Source: a virus
Lineage: Duplodnaviria > Caudoviricetes
Direction: 5' to 3' (one strand)
Length of the DNA stretch: 64,000 nt
IMG/VR virus record: IMGVR_UViG_3300033412_000476
Span: 1 to 64,000 of that record
The notes beneath the pieces are model-generated. The model did no database searches. It was not told the DNA's origin and saw only the letters and a program-made list of their open reading frames with translations. Of the stretch, positions 9,636 through 17,895 are shown piece after piece. A program made the translations under genes and the position numbers. The first letter of the stretch is position 1, and every line of letters starts with the position of its first letter.

Positions 9636-10310
9636 ATGAAGTACGTCGCTGTCCTACCTTTGCTGCTGGTCGCCTGCGGGTTCGAGGTCAACCCGCTTGG
9701 GCATGACGAGCCCAACTCGAGCGCGGACGAAATCGCCACGATCGGCGGGCATCATCTGACGGACGCAGCAGAGGAGCTCGATGGCGCCGAGGGCTCAGCA
9801 GTCGACGCGGGCGCGGAGGAAATCGACGGCGGATCGACGGAATCGACCGCCGGGCGGGGAGGGTTTTCCGACGGCGGGCATATACAAGCCGAGGACGGCG
9901 GCCACCTAGAACCGGACGCGGGTGAGCCGTCTGACGCGCGTGTGCCGCCGGATGCCAGTGAGCCGTCTGCAGAGCCGGACGCTGCCGCGGACGCCGCGCA
10001 GCCCACGGCAGAGCCGGACAGCGGCTACTACGCGCCGCGCAGTCGCAGTGCCTGCGAGGGCTGTGAGACGCAAACTGATTGTACGGACGGCTTCAGCTGC
10101 GTTGGCCAGCCAGGTGAAGGTTTGTGCCTACCGTACGTTGGGCAGGACGAGAGCTGCGACGCGATCTGCGGCGGCACGATGAAGCTCGCCGGGCTGACGT
10201 CGATGCCTGCGACCGGGGTGCTGGTCAACCTGTGCCGGCCAGACAACGGCGCGTCTTCGCTGTCGCAGGCATGCTTCAACTTTATAGTTGACGGGCATCG
10301 CTGTGATTGA
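9636..10310 (+). CDS. Lipoprotein, myxobacterial style (Asp/Ala/Gly low-complexity linker, Cys-rich C-terminus)
   Basis: MKY..LLLVA-C lipobox; DAG/DAA repeats; about 10 C-terminal Cys; GGAGGAG RBS. Confidence 0.75.
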   Translation: MKYVAVLPLLLVACGFEVNPLGHDEPNSSADEIATIGGHHLTDAAEELDGAEGSAVDAGAEEIDGGSTESTAGRGGFSDGGHIQAEDGGHLEPDAGEPSDARVPPDASEPSAEPDAAADAAQPTAEPDSGYYAPRSRSACEGCETQTDCTDGFSCVGQPGEGLCLPYVGQDESCDAICGGTMKLAGLTSMPATGVLVNLCRPDNGASSLSQACFNFIVDGHRCD

Positions 10311-10336
10311 CGTGTTCTGGGGGTCGCCTGTAGTAT
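10307..10336 (+). promoter_or_regulatory. Possible sigma70-type promoter for RHH and sigma genes
   Basis: TTGACG-N18-TAGTAT just upstream of GTG 10346. Confidence 0.4.
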
Positions 10337-10345
10337 TCGCCCATC

Positions 10346-10645
10346 GTGGCTGTCAACGTCATCACCTGTCGCTTTCCGCTCGAACTACTGGAAAGGATTG
10401 ACGAACAGGTCGCGCAGCTGCGAGCCGACGGTGCCAACGAGAAGTTCGCCACGCGCTCGAGTGTCATCCGAACGCTGCTCGCGCAGCAGCTCGTAGACGA
10501 TCCGCAGGGCCTACTGACCCGGGAGATCCTCGGCCGCACCTACCAGGTGCTGCAGGAGGTAACCGCCAAAGCCATGGCGCTGTGCGCCGAGAAGCTGCCG
10601 GAGATCACCGCACAGGTGCTCAACGAAGCAGACTTGGATGGCTAG
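10346..10645 (+). CDS. Ribbon-helix-helix (CopG/Arc-like) transcriptional regulator
   Basis: VITCRFPLELLERID.....TRSSVIRTLL beta-helix-helix pattern. Confidence 0.7.
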   Translation: MAVNVITCRFPLELLERIDEQVAQLRADGANEKFATRSSVIRTLLAQQLVDDPQGLLTREILGRTYQVLQEVTAKAMALCAEKLPEITAQVLNEADLDG

Positions 10646-10650
10646 CCGCG

Positions 10651-11163
10651 GTGGGCAAGCCACTCGACACTGCGACCGTCGAGCGGCTGCTCGCGGCGTA
10701 TCGTCCGCTGCTTTTGCACGCTTGTAAGCGCCATCCGCAGCTCGACCATCACGAGCTCCGCGCCTGCTGGGAGGACGCCTTGCTCGAGGCGTACGGCCAG
10801 CTCGACGACCGCGCGAGCGAAGCGACGTGGGTGCGTAAGGTGTTCCGCTGGCGGCTCGCAGCCCTCGTCAAACGTACCCTTGCAGAACCGTCCGCACTCG
10901 GGGACTCGCTCGGTGAGGACCCGCAGGTGCTCAACGGCATCAACCCCGAGCAGGCGTTTTGGGGTGAGTCGGCCATGGCCGAAGTGCTGCGGATGCCGCC
11001 GTCGACACAAACGATCGTGATAGCCCATCTGCACGGTTACACGTATGATGAAGTCGCGGCGCAGGTCGGGCTCAGCCGCTCGACGGCGTACGAAAAAGCC
11101 ACCGACGCTATCGACAGACTCAGGAGGCGCTTTGGCCTTGGGCGAGACAAAGAGCGGACCTAG
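10651..11163 (+). CDS. ECF-type sigma-70 family factor
   Basis: Region 2-like (LLAAYRPLL...WEDALLEAY...TWVRKVFRWRL) and region 4 HTH (HGYTYDEVAAQVGLSRSTA); start uncertain. Confidence 0.78.
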   Translation: MGKPLDTATVERLLAAYRPLLLHACKRHPQLDHHELRACWEDALLEAYGQLDDRASEATWVRKVFRWRLAALVKRTLAEPSALGDSLGEDPQVLNGINPEQAFWGESAMAEVLRMPPSTQTIVIAHLHGYTYDEVAAQVGLSRSTAYEKATDAIDRLRRRFGLGRDKERT

Positions 11164-11422
11164 CTGCTACGTCGACCCAAACTCGCCGCCGAGCTCCTAT
11201 GCGGTTGCCGCGGTGTACGAGGGCGATCCCGCTGGCTGGGCCAAGGTGGCGACGGCGACCGCGCTGCGTGCGATCTTCGTCGCGCCTGGCCTCGCCGTCG
11301 CAGGCATCCGCGGGCGCAAGCTACTCGTTGGCTCGCTCGCCGCGAGCGCGGGCATCACGACCGCGCTCTTTCTGCTCTACGGCCTCAAGCGTGCAGGGGT
11401 GATGAAATGGAGTCCGCAATAA
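11045..11422 (+). CDS. Small membrane protein (start uncertain, overlaps the sigma gene)
   Basis: Two hydrophobic segments in the C-terminal half. Confidence 0.5.
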   Translation: MMKSRRRSGSAARRRTKKPPTLSTDSGGALALGETKSGPSCYVDPNSPPSSYAVAAVYEGDPAGWAKVATATALRAIFVAPGLAVAGIRGRKLLVGSLAASAGITTALFLLYGLKRAGVMKWSPQ

Positions 11423-11664
11423 AGCTCATCAAGCTGCAGGTTCGCACGTGCCCGCCACTCGATGACGCGAGCGTGTGCGAGCGCACGATCTATTTGAACG
11501 CAACCGTCGTAGCCAAGATCGAAGACCTGCGCGGCGAGCACATGCTGGATTGGTCGCATGTGTGTTTGCTCGCAGCTGAAGCCAAAGAGCTTGAGCTCAC
11601 CAACGGATTTTACACGCGGGTCTCACCATCGCAGCTCGCACAGAAGCTGCTCGGCATCGAGTAG
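11407..11664 (+). CDS. hypothetical protein
   Basis: In-operon ORF overlapping the previous stop region. Confidence 0.5.
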   Translation: MESAIKLIKLQVRTCPPLDDASVCERTIYLNATVVAKIEDLRGEHMLDWSHVCLLAAEAKELELTNGFYTRVSPSQLAQKLLGIE

Positions 11665-11682
11665 AACCCAGCCGTACGCGAC

Positions 11683-12186
11683 GTGGACAACGATCGTCTC
11701 GAGATTCCGCCGCGCAACGACTCAATCCGCGCGGCCGCAACACTCGTCTCGTCACCACGTGTTCGTAGCTTCGTGGGCACCGTCGCCGCGCTCGTCGTGC
11801 TGCCAGCTGCTGGCTGGGTCGGCGCCAAGCTCGACACCAAGCTCGAGGTCGACGCGCTGGTGCGCCAGAACGGAGAGTTCCAAGGCCGCATCTCCGCGCT
11901 CGAGAGCCAGCGCAAGGACATGCAGTCGCACATCGATGCGCTCTCCGCGCCCGTCACCGAAGGCGTCTCGCCTGGCGGTCCGATCACCCAACTACAGGCG
12001 CAGATGCGTGTGGCGCACCGCAACGCATTGCTTGCCTACGCGGTCGGGCTCGCCTTCGACAAGGACAAGGCCCGCAAGCGCGCGGAGGCTGAGAGGTTCG
12101 TCACGGCCTACAACAACCAGCTGCGGCGCGGCATCACGCCGGATGTGGCGGCTGAGACCACAATCGACAGCATCGCCCTGCCTTGA
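11683..12186 (+). CDS. Membrane-anchored coiled-coil protein
   Basis: TM FVGTVAALVVLPAAGWVGA followed by a heptad-rich segment. Confidence 0.62.
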   Translation: MDNDRLEIPPRNDSIRAAATLVSSPRVRSFVGTVAALVVLPAAGWVGAKLDTKLEVDALVRQNGEFQGRISALESQRKDMQSHIDALSAPVTEGVSPGGPITQLQAQMRVAHRNALLAYAVGLAFDKDKARKRAEAERFVTAYNNQLRRGITPDVAAETTIDSIALP

Positions 12187-12198
12187 ACTATCCCGCGG

Positions 12199-12247
12199 TT
12201 TCAGCGTAGTCTTCTGAGGTCGTCGTGGCTCCCGGACGATGCTGAAA
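12199..12247 (+). other. Intergenic stem-loop
   Basis: TTTCAGCGT...ATGCTGAAA outer stem enclosing a TCGTC/GACGA hairpin. Confidence 0.35.
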
Positions 12248-12264
12248 ACGGGGGCAACAAAATC

Positions 12265-12543
12265 ATGAAGCTGCGCGGTCTGAGCCAGGTGTCGATCCCG
12301 TCGCTGAACGACATTCAGCAGTCGGTCTCGCAGCAGCTCGACCGCTCGATCGTGCTGCCCGCCGAGCGCGTAGCGCAGTACAGCCTGCTCGGCGCGGCGA
12401 GCGCGGCCGCGCTGACGGCGATCATCGCGCTCAGCGTTCGCCGCCGGCCGACCCGCTCGGTCGGCGCGCTGCTTCTGCTGCTCGCTGCACCGGTCGCTGG
12501 CGCCGGCATCGGCGTGATGGCCGCAACCAAAAGCAACACCTAG
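12265..12543 (+). CDS. Small two-TM putative virion membrane protein
   Basis: N-terminal LRGLS motif; two TM segments. Confidence 0.65.
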   Translation: MKLRGLSQVSIPSLNDIQQSVSQQLDRSIVLPAERVAQYSLLGAASAAALTAIIALSVRRRPTRSVGALLLLLAAPVAGAGIGVMAATKSNT

Positions 12544-12555
12544 GAGTCTGCGATC

Positions 12556-12840
12556 ATGAGTCAGCTTGGTTGTGGCTGCGACGGCAAGAGAATGAACGGC
12601 TTCGGCCTCGGCGCGGTCGACCACAGCGGTTTCGTCACGCTCGGCATGACGCCGAGCGACACCGGCGGAAATCAGCTTTTGCGCGACGTCGCGATCGGCG
12701 TCGGCGCCTTCGCCGCGGTTGCGCTCTACGATAACAAGGCGCCCAAGAAGTGGCCCAAGCCTAAGAAGCTGTGGCAAGACCTCGTCTTCGCAGGTGGGCT
12801 CTACCTGCTCGGCACGTACGTCGCCAACCGCGTGATCTGA
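12556..12840 (+). CDS. Small two-TM putative virion membrane protein
   Basis: AGGAG RBS; MNGFGLG motif; two TM segments. Confidence 0.65.
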   Translation: MSQLGCGCDGKRMNGFGLGAVDHSGFVTLGMTPSDTGGNQLLRDVAIGVGAFAAVALYDNKAPKKWPKPKKLWQDLVFAGGLYLLGTYVANRVI

Positions 12841-12846
12841 GGTTTC

Positions 12847-13185
12847 ATGGAGACGCGTCACAAGTCGTCGCAGCCGCGCGAGTTCGTGCAGGTCGTCACG
12901 ATCGACCATCACGCGTTCCACCTGAAGATCACGACGACGCATCGCACGACCATCGAGCGCGACAAGCAGCGCATGCGGTTTCGTGTCCCTGGCGACGACG
13001 GTGATCACACAGCAGCAGTAATGGATGGCCCGGAGCGGGAAGTCCACGACGTCTTCCACACCGTGACGCTGAGCACCGGCAAGGGCGGCAAGGTCGAAGA
13101 GATCAAGCTCGACAACGCCGCGCTCATCGTGCTGATCGAGTCGCTGTCGAAAGCCTGCAGCAAGCCGCAGCCGGCCTACTACTGA
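12847..13185 (+). CDS. hypothetical protein
   Basis: GAGG RBS, in operon. Confidence 0.55.
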   Translation: METRHKSSQPREFVQVVTIDHHAFHLKITTTHRTTIERDKQRMRFRVPGDDGDHTAAVMDGPEREVHDVFHTVTLSTGKGGKVEEIKLDNAALIVLIESLSKACSKPQPAYY

Positions 13186-13424
13186 TGCCCTCGTATCTCA
13201 CACCCAAGCAAGAGCGCGCGTACGCTGCGATCAAGCAGTCGTGCCTCAAGCGCCGCTGCAAGAGCAAAGCTCGCTGTCGCTCGGCTTGCGCAGCGATCGG
13301 AACGAAGAAACTTCGCGTCGAGTGCTCGCGCGCCTGCGGCAAACCCAAGCGGTGCACGGCTGTCTGCAGCGCCACCGCGGGCCGCATCGTCAACGCGAAG
13401 TTCCGTCGACGCCGCAGGCGCTAG
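13185..13424 (+). CDS. Cys/Arg/Lys-rich basic protein (protamine-like)
   Basis: CLKRRCKSKARCRSAC...RRRRRR. Confidence 0.6.
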   Translation: MPSYLTPKQERAYAAIKQSCLKRRCKSKARCRSACAAIGTKKLRVECSRACGKPKRCTAVCSATAGRIVNAKFRRRRRR

Positions 13425-13425
13425 C

Positions 13426-13605
13426 GTGGAGATCGAGCACATGCACTGTCCGTGCGCGTGTGATCACCCACAGCCGTTTCATCTCGCCGACGATGACCGT
13501 GTGCCGCCCGAACTGCGCGGCAAATGGATCTGCGGCGCGTGCTACCACGATGACCGCAGTCTCTGCGTCATGTTGCCGTGCACGCCCGAGATCTGCGGCG
13601 AGTAG
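13426..13605 (+). CDS. 59-aa Cys/His-rich putative zinc-binding protein (absent from ORF track)
   Basis: Read by hand: VEIEHMHCPCACDHPQPFH...WICGACYHDD..LCVMLPCTPEICGE*. Confidence 0.5.
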   Translation: MEIEHMHCPCACDHPQPFHLADDDRVPPELRGKWICGACYHDDRSLCVMLPCTPEICGE

Positions 13606-13671
13606 CGACTGCGTTTGACAGGCGCCAGCGCGGGGTGCACGTGCGGACTAGCAACCACGGGAGGCGCCGCA

Positions 13672-13884
13672 ATGACCCTACTCGGACTTCTCATATACCT
13701 GATTGTGTGGGGCTGCGTGCTGTACGTGCTGTGGTGGGGTCTGGGCAAGATCGGCCTGCCTGAGCCGTTCGGCAAGATCGCGACGGTCGTACTCGTCGTG
13801 GTGACGGTGATCGTGCTGCTCAACATCCTGTTCGTGTTGGGCGGCCGGCCGCTCTTCGACGTGCCGTTCCCGCGGCTGCGCTGA
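13672..13884 (+). CDS. Small two-TM membrane protein
   Basis: GGGAGG RBS; LLIYLIVWGCVLYVLWW...IATVVLVVVTVIVLLNILF. Confidence 0.7.
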   Translation: MTLLGLLIYLIVWGCVLYVLWWGLGKIGLPEPFGKIATVVLVVVTVIVLLNILFVLGGRPLFDVPFPRLR

Positions 13885-13885
13885 G

Positions 13886-14548
13886 CTACTTGCGCTTGAG
13901 CTTGCGCCGCTTGCTCGGGGGCTTGACTGGCGTTGCTGCAGGTCCACCAGCGCTGAACAGGCCCATCAGCTTGCGACGTCGCGTTGGCTTGCGTAGGTAC
14001 ATCCACGCGCCGATGCTGAGCGCGAGCGCACCGAGGCCACCGCCGACGTACCACCAGAAGTACGGATTGCCGCCGACGAGCGAGCTCTGCGTCGGGATGG
14101 GCGCGTTCGCGAGCGCGGTGTCGACCGCGGTCACGAAGTCGTTCGTTTCCTTCTCGACGCGCTCGAGGTCTTGCCCCACAGCCATCAGCGTGTTGTCGTC
14201 GCTCGCCTGCGCAGCACGAGCGAAGAGCTGCGCGAGCTCGTTCTGGATGATCCCATACTGATTGAATAAGCCGAGCTCGACTGTGCCCGGCACAGCGGAG
14301 TCGATGAGCTTCTTGCTCGCCTTACGCGCGAGGTTGAGCGTGGAGGTGAAGCGCGCCTGCAGCGCGTTCGCCGCCTGCGTTGACGGCCCTGCAGCTGCTT
14401 GCTGCGGCTGCGCCGGCTGCACATCGACCGCGCGCGGATCCGCAGGCTCGGGCGAAGGCGTCGACGACGCGGATGCGACCGGCGGAAGTCCGAAGGGGCG
14501 GTTGCCGCCGTTGCCTGCCGGGAAGGGGATCACATTTCCGCTGGACAT
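13886..14548 (-). CDS. Tail-anchored helical protein with basic C-terminus
   Basis: Helical ectodomain, TM WWYVGGGLGALALSIGAWMY, then RKPTRRRK...KRRKLKRK. Confidence 0.65.
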   Translation of the reverse strand: MSSGNVIPFPAGNGGNRPFGLPPVASASSTPSPEPADPRAVDVQPAQPQQAAAGPSTQAANALQARFTSTLNLARKASKKLIDSAVPGTVELGLFNQYGIIQNELAQLFARAAQASDDNTLMAVGQDLERVEKETNDFVTAVDTALANAPIPTQSSLVGGNPYFWWYVGGGLGALALSIGAWMYLRKPTRRRKLMGLFSAGGPAATPVKPPSKRRKLKRK

Positions 14549-14600
14549 GGAACGCGAGGCTACCACGCGACCACGGGTTTGAGCTACCCTGGACGCGACG

Positions 14601-15371
14601 ATGGCCGCTCCCACCGGCAAAGGCATCTATGCCATGGGGCCGCAGTTGTACCCTGACGGTGATCCTGCAGGGTACGCGAAGCGGCTCGGCTGCCGTTTTG
14701 TCGCGCTGATCAACGGCTACGGCGTCCAGACGCACGCAGTCCGCGCCAAAGACCTGGGGCTGCAAACCTATTTGTGGAGCCCGCCGGAGACCTGGCACCC
14801 CGACAACTGGGCCGACACGTTCTCGCTGCAGATGGAGCGCGTGGAGTCACTCGGGCTCGCCGGACTCATCGCGGACGTCGAAGACGCGCCGATGTGGCTC
14901 GGCCAGCACGACGACGTGCAAGCGCTCGGCGAGGCGCTCAAGTACGCCAGCAAGAACTACTCGATCGGCTTCACGTCATTTCCGGGCTGGCCGTATGTAG
15001 ACGACCTAGCGAAGATCTTCGGCGGATCGGTCTGGTGCTCGCCGCAGTTGTATGGCGTGCGCGACCCCGGCACGCCGCAAGTCGTCGCTGCACGAGGCAA
15101 AAGCTGGAAATCAGCTTTCGGCGCAGCGCGGTACGTCCCGTCGATTGCCGCGTGGAACCGCTCAGCGCAAGCGCAGGCGACGTACCTGCAGGCGTTTAGC
15201 GACGCCTTCGCTGCGATCATGTGGCTGTCGCCCGCGACGCCCGTCATTGACAGCCCGCTCTACAACGTGCTCAAGAGCTGGCAGCCGCCGCGTGGCAAAC
15301 CGTTCGATGGTCGAGAGCTCTTCTCGACGGCGAAGACCGGGTTTCTCAAATCGATGAGGGTATTTTCATGA
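14601..15371 (+). CDS. Putative glycoside hydrolase (GH25/GH18-like barrel), candidate endolysin
   Basis: KGIY..., GLQTYLW, LIADVED (DxE), SPQLY pattern. Confidence 0.5.
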   Translation: MAAPTGKGIYAMGPQLYPDGDPAGYAKRLGCRFVALINGYGVQTHAVRAKDLGLQTYLWSPPETWHPDNWADTFSLQMERVESLGLAGLIADVEDAPMWLGQHDDVQALGEALKYASKNYSIGFTSFPGWPYVDDLAKIFGGSVWCSPQLYGVRDPGTPQVVAARGKSWKSAFGAARYVPSIAAWNRSAQAQATYLQAFSDAFAAIMWLSPATPVIDSPLYNVLKSWQPPRGKPFDGRELFSTAKTGFLKSMRVFS

Positions 15372-15616
15372 AAGCAGACGCAGGATTGATGACGCTGATC
15401 GTCGCGGGCGGCGCCTTCGGCGTCGGGTACGCGCTGGCCAAGATCTCACAGTCGCAGAGCGGCATTCCCGCTGGTGCAGTCGCGAGCGGCACGAGCGGTC
15501 TGTCGGCCGTGGTGCGCTTCCAGCCGGCGCGATCGCTCAGCGGTTGGGGCACACCTGGCTTCGGTCGCGGTCGCCACGGCACGGGCGCTGCGATCTACTG
15601 GCGCAAGGTCGCCTGA
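15368..15616 (+). CDS. Small N-terminal TM protein
   Basis: TM LIVAGGAFGVGYALA; LSGWG motif. Confidence 0.6.
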   Translation: MKADAGLMTLIVAGGAFGVGYALAKISQSQSGIPAGAVASGTSGLSAVVRFQPARSLSGWGTPGFGRGRHGTGAAIYWRKVA

Positions 15617-15619
15617 ACC

Positions 15620-15841
15620 ATGAAGCGGAGAAACACCGGCCGCAAAAAGCGCCTTAGCCGGCGTGCATGCGCGTGTGCCGCGAGCAAGGACAGCAAGGGC
15701 GTGATCGGCGAGATCGTCTGTGGTCGAGTTGCCCGCAGCAAGCTTCGCCACTACTTGCGCGGCCGGCTCGACACGCGCTCGCCAAAGTCGACGCGCCGCG
15801 TCGTGTTTCTTCCGTGCACCAATCCGAGCAAAGGCTACTAG
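15620..15841 (+). CDS. Basic Cys/Arg-rich protein
   Basis: MKRRNTGRKKRLSRRACAC... Confidence 0.55.
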   Translation: MKRRNTGRKKRLSRRACACAASKDSKGVIGEIVCGRVARSKLRHYLRGRLDTRSPKSTRRVVFLPCTNPSKGY

Positions 15842-15871
15842 TTTCGACGCTACGGCGCGGGAGATCGAGCG

Positions 15872-16636
15872 ATGCGACGAAGCAAGCACCTGACCAAGAA
15901 GCAGAAGGAGCGCCTGCGGCAGATCGGCAAGTGGGCCGGCATCAGCGCGTTCGGCTACGAGGCGTTCATGCTGCTGGTGCAGCAGCGACAGAAGACACGT
16001 GACGTCTTCAATCTCGCGCTGCAGCGACAGGCCGCGTCACGCAAGCCGCTGCTCGTCGTCGGTAGTCCGAGCAGCAGCGTGCTCAGCAAGATCTTCGGCA
16101 CCGACTACGACTGCGCCGACCTGTGCATCGATCCGAAGGGCTGTCCGGGTTGCCCCAACAGCGACACGCGGCCTATCGGTCAGGCGCTCTCGGCGCTCGG
16201 GAGCGGCTCGTACGTCGTGTTCGTTTCCGCGGGGCAGCTCGAGCATGTCGACGACGTCACAGCGACGCTGCAAGAGCTGCAGCGCGTCAGCGGCGGCGAT
16301 CTGTTCGTCGCACACAAAAACCCGTGGACGCTGCTCTCGCTCTTCGGCAAGCGCCGCATTCTTGCTGCGCCACCGACGGGTAACTACACCGAGTGGCGCG
16401 ATCTGCCGTGGATGCCGGGACCGAGCGTCAAACAGCGCGTGGCGCTCAGCGGCATCGACACGAGCTCGCTACCGCAGCTCGGCGCGGTGCTCGGCGTCGC
16501 AGGTGGCTTCGTCGGCTACCAGCTCGGCGACAAGAAGCTGCTGCCGGCGATCGCAGGGCTCGCTGCCGGCACAGCGACCGCAGCGCTCATCGTCAAGAGC
16601 AAGCGTGACGCAGTGCTGACCGCCAGCGCGAGCTAA
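15872..16636 (+). CDS. Membrane-anchored degenerate class-I methyltransferase-like protein
   Basis: PLLVVG.P, DLCIDPKGCPGC, LEHVDD...LQELQRV; TMs at both ends. Confidence 0.5.
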   Translation: MRRSKHLTKKQKERLRQIGKWAGISAFGYEAFMLLVQQRQKTRDVFNLALQRQAASRKPLLVVGSPSSSVLSKIFGTDYDCADLCIDPKGCPGCPNSDTRPIGQALSALGSGSYVVFVSAGQLEHVDDVTATLQELQRVSGGDLFVAHKNPWTLLSLFGKRRILAAPPTGNYTEWRDLPWMPGPSVKQRVALSGIDTSSLPQLGAVLGVAGGFVGYQLGDKKLLPAIAGLAAGTATAALIVKSKRDAVLTASAS

Positions 16637-16641
16637 AGGTC

Positions 16642-16839
16642 ATGGTCGATCGCTACAGCATCGCGCAGGCCGAGGCGAACGTCTTCTATCCCGCGGTGAC
16701 GCAGGAGGAGCTCGCCGATGATCAGCTTTTGCTCGTCAACTACCGCAAGTCCCTAGGCCGGGAACGCCTTCTATGGGGAGGGATCGCGTTTGTCGCGGGC
16801 GCGTGGGTGTTCGAGTACTTGCGACGCGGCAGGGGCTAA
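16642..16839 (+). CDS. Small tail-anchored membrane protein
   Basis: C-terminal TM followed by RRGRG. Confidence 0.55.
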   Translation: MVDRYSIAQAEANVFYPAVTQEELADDQLLLVNYRKSLGRERLLWGGIAFVAGAWVFEYLRRGRG

Positions 16840-16862
16840 CGCAGAGTGAGTCGCAGGCTGCT

Positions 16863-17177
16863 GTGGACGACGAATCGTTCATCGAACGCGCGGTTCGCGC
16901 TCCCGTCGAATACTGCCTGTCTTTGCTGCGTGTTGTGATGCGTCAGCCTCTCGAGCGCTACGGCAAGGTCATGTTCAACCGCGGCGTGCAGTACGAACGC
17001 GAGCGTCGCCGGCTCGAGTCACTGCCGCCCAAGCCGATTTCAACGTCGATCATCGCGACCGCGGTCACTGTGGATCCTGACGAGTACGACCCGGATAGAA
17101 CCCCCGTGCGACCGCCGCTGTCAGTAGCCTCGGTGGAAGTGGTTGTGCCGCAGTCAGAGGACGAACGCGACGACTGA
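16863..17177 (+). CDS. hypothetical protein
   Basis: GTG start; acidic/Pro-rich C-terminus. Confidence 0.45.
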   Translation: MDDESFIERAVRAPVEYCLSLLRVVMRQPLERYGKVMFNRGVQYERERRRLESLPPKPISTSIIATAVTVDPDEYDPDRTPVRPPLSVASVEVVVPQSEDERDD

Positions 17178-17667
17178 TCGCGTAGTAGATGTTGCGCGTT
17201 GCAACACGGCATCGTGCGATCTGCCAGCGGCCTTCGAGCACCGCGCGTGCAGCTCGCATGACGTCGCCGTCCAAGTTAGGGGCGCCGTAGTGCATCGCGG
17301 TCGGGCAAGGACTGCTACGTAGCCCTGCGAGGAAGTCGACCGCAGCTGCGCGCAGCTCCGCCCACGCGAGGTTCTCTCTTTGCGAAAATCGAAGGTCATC
17401 GCTCGCCGGCAGCGAGCGTGCGAGCCGAGCGCGGGGGCTGTCACCCTTGATCGCTGAGTACGACCACAGCACGAGCGCGAAGGGCTGTGAGAAGACAGTG
17501 GCGCGGCGCCTGATCACGCCCAATACGGCGTCACACTCCGTCGCGGACCACCCACCTTCGACGAAGCAAGCCCTCGCTGCGTCGAGCGCCACATCCGCAC
17601 GCGCGGTGGACGATGGGAGGACTACAGCCAGAAAGGTGAGTAGTTTCGTTGTAATGCGAATCGACAT
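17065..17667 (-). CDS. Secreted SleB-like cell-wall hydrolase candidate
   Basis: Signal peptide (..STARA-D); ARACFVEGG..EC.AVLGVIRRR and PCPTAMHYG resemble the Hydrolase_2 LAR.I.AE/AV..VI.NR pattern. Confidence 0.45.
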   Translation of the reverse strand: MSIRITTKLLTFLAVVLPSSTARADVALDAARACFVEGGWSATECDAVLGVIRRRATVFSQPFALVLWSYSAIKGDSPRARLARSLPASDDLRFSQRENLAWAELRAAAVDFLAGLRSSPCPTAMHYGAPNLDGDVMRAARAVLEGRWQIARCRVATRNIYYAISRRVRPLTAAQPLPPRLLTAAVARGFYPGRTRQDPQ

Positions 17668-17895
17668 CCACTGTGGGTAACACGTCACTTCGAAAAAGCG
17701 CAAAGCTCACAAAAATAGGGGGCGGAAAAGTTCGAGCACCCTCCCGGGCTCCGCCCGGGTTATGGTTTCTTCCGCAAACAACAAGCCGAACGGTCTCCGC
17801 AGGTGGAGCTGTCGGCGACGGCGGGCTGGGGCGGTGGCCCCGCGCTACCCCCTGCCCCCGTTCCTAACGTAGCGCCGTCCGAGCGAGCCAAGCGA

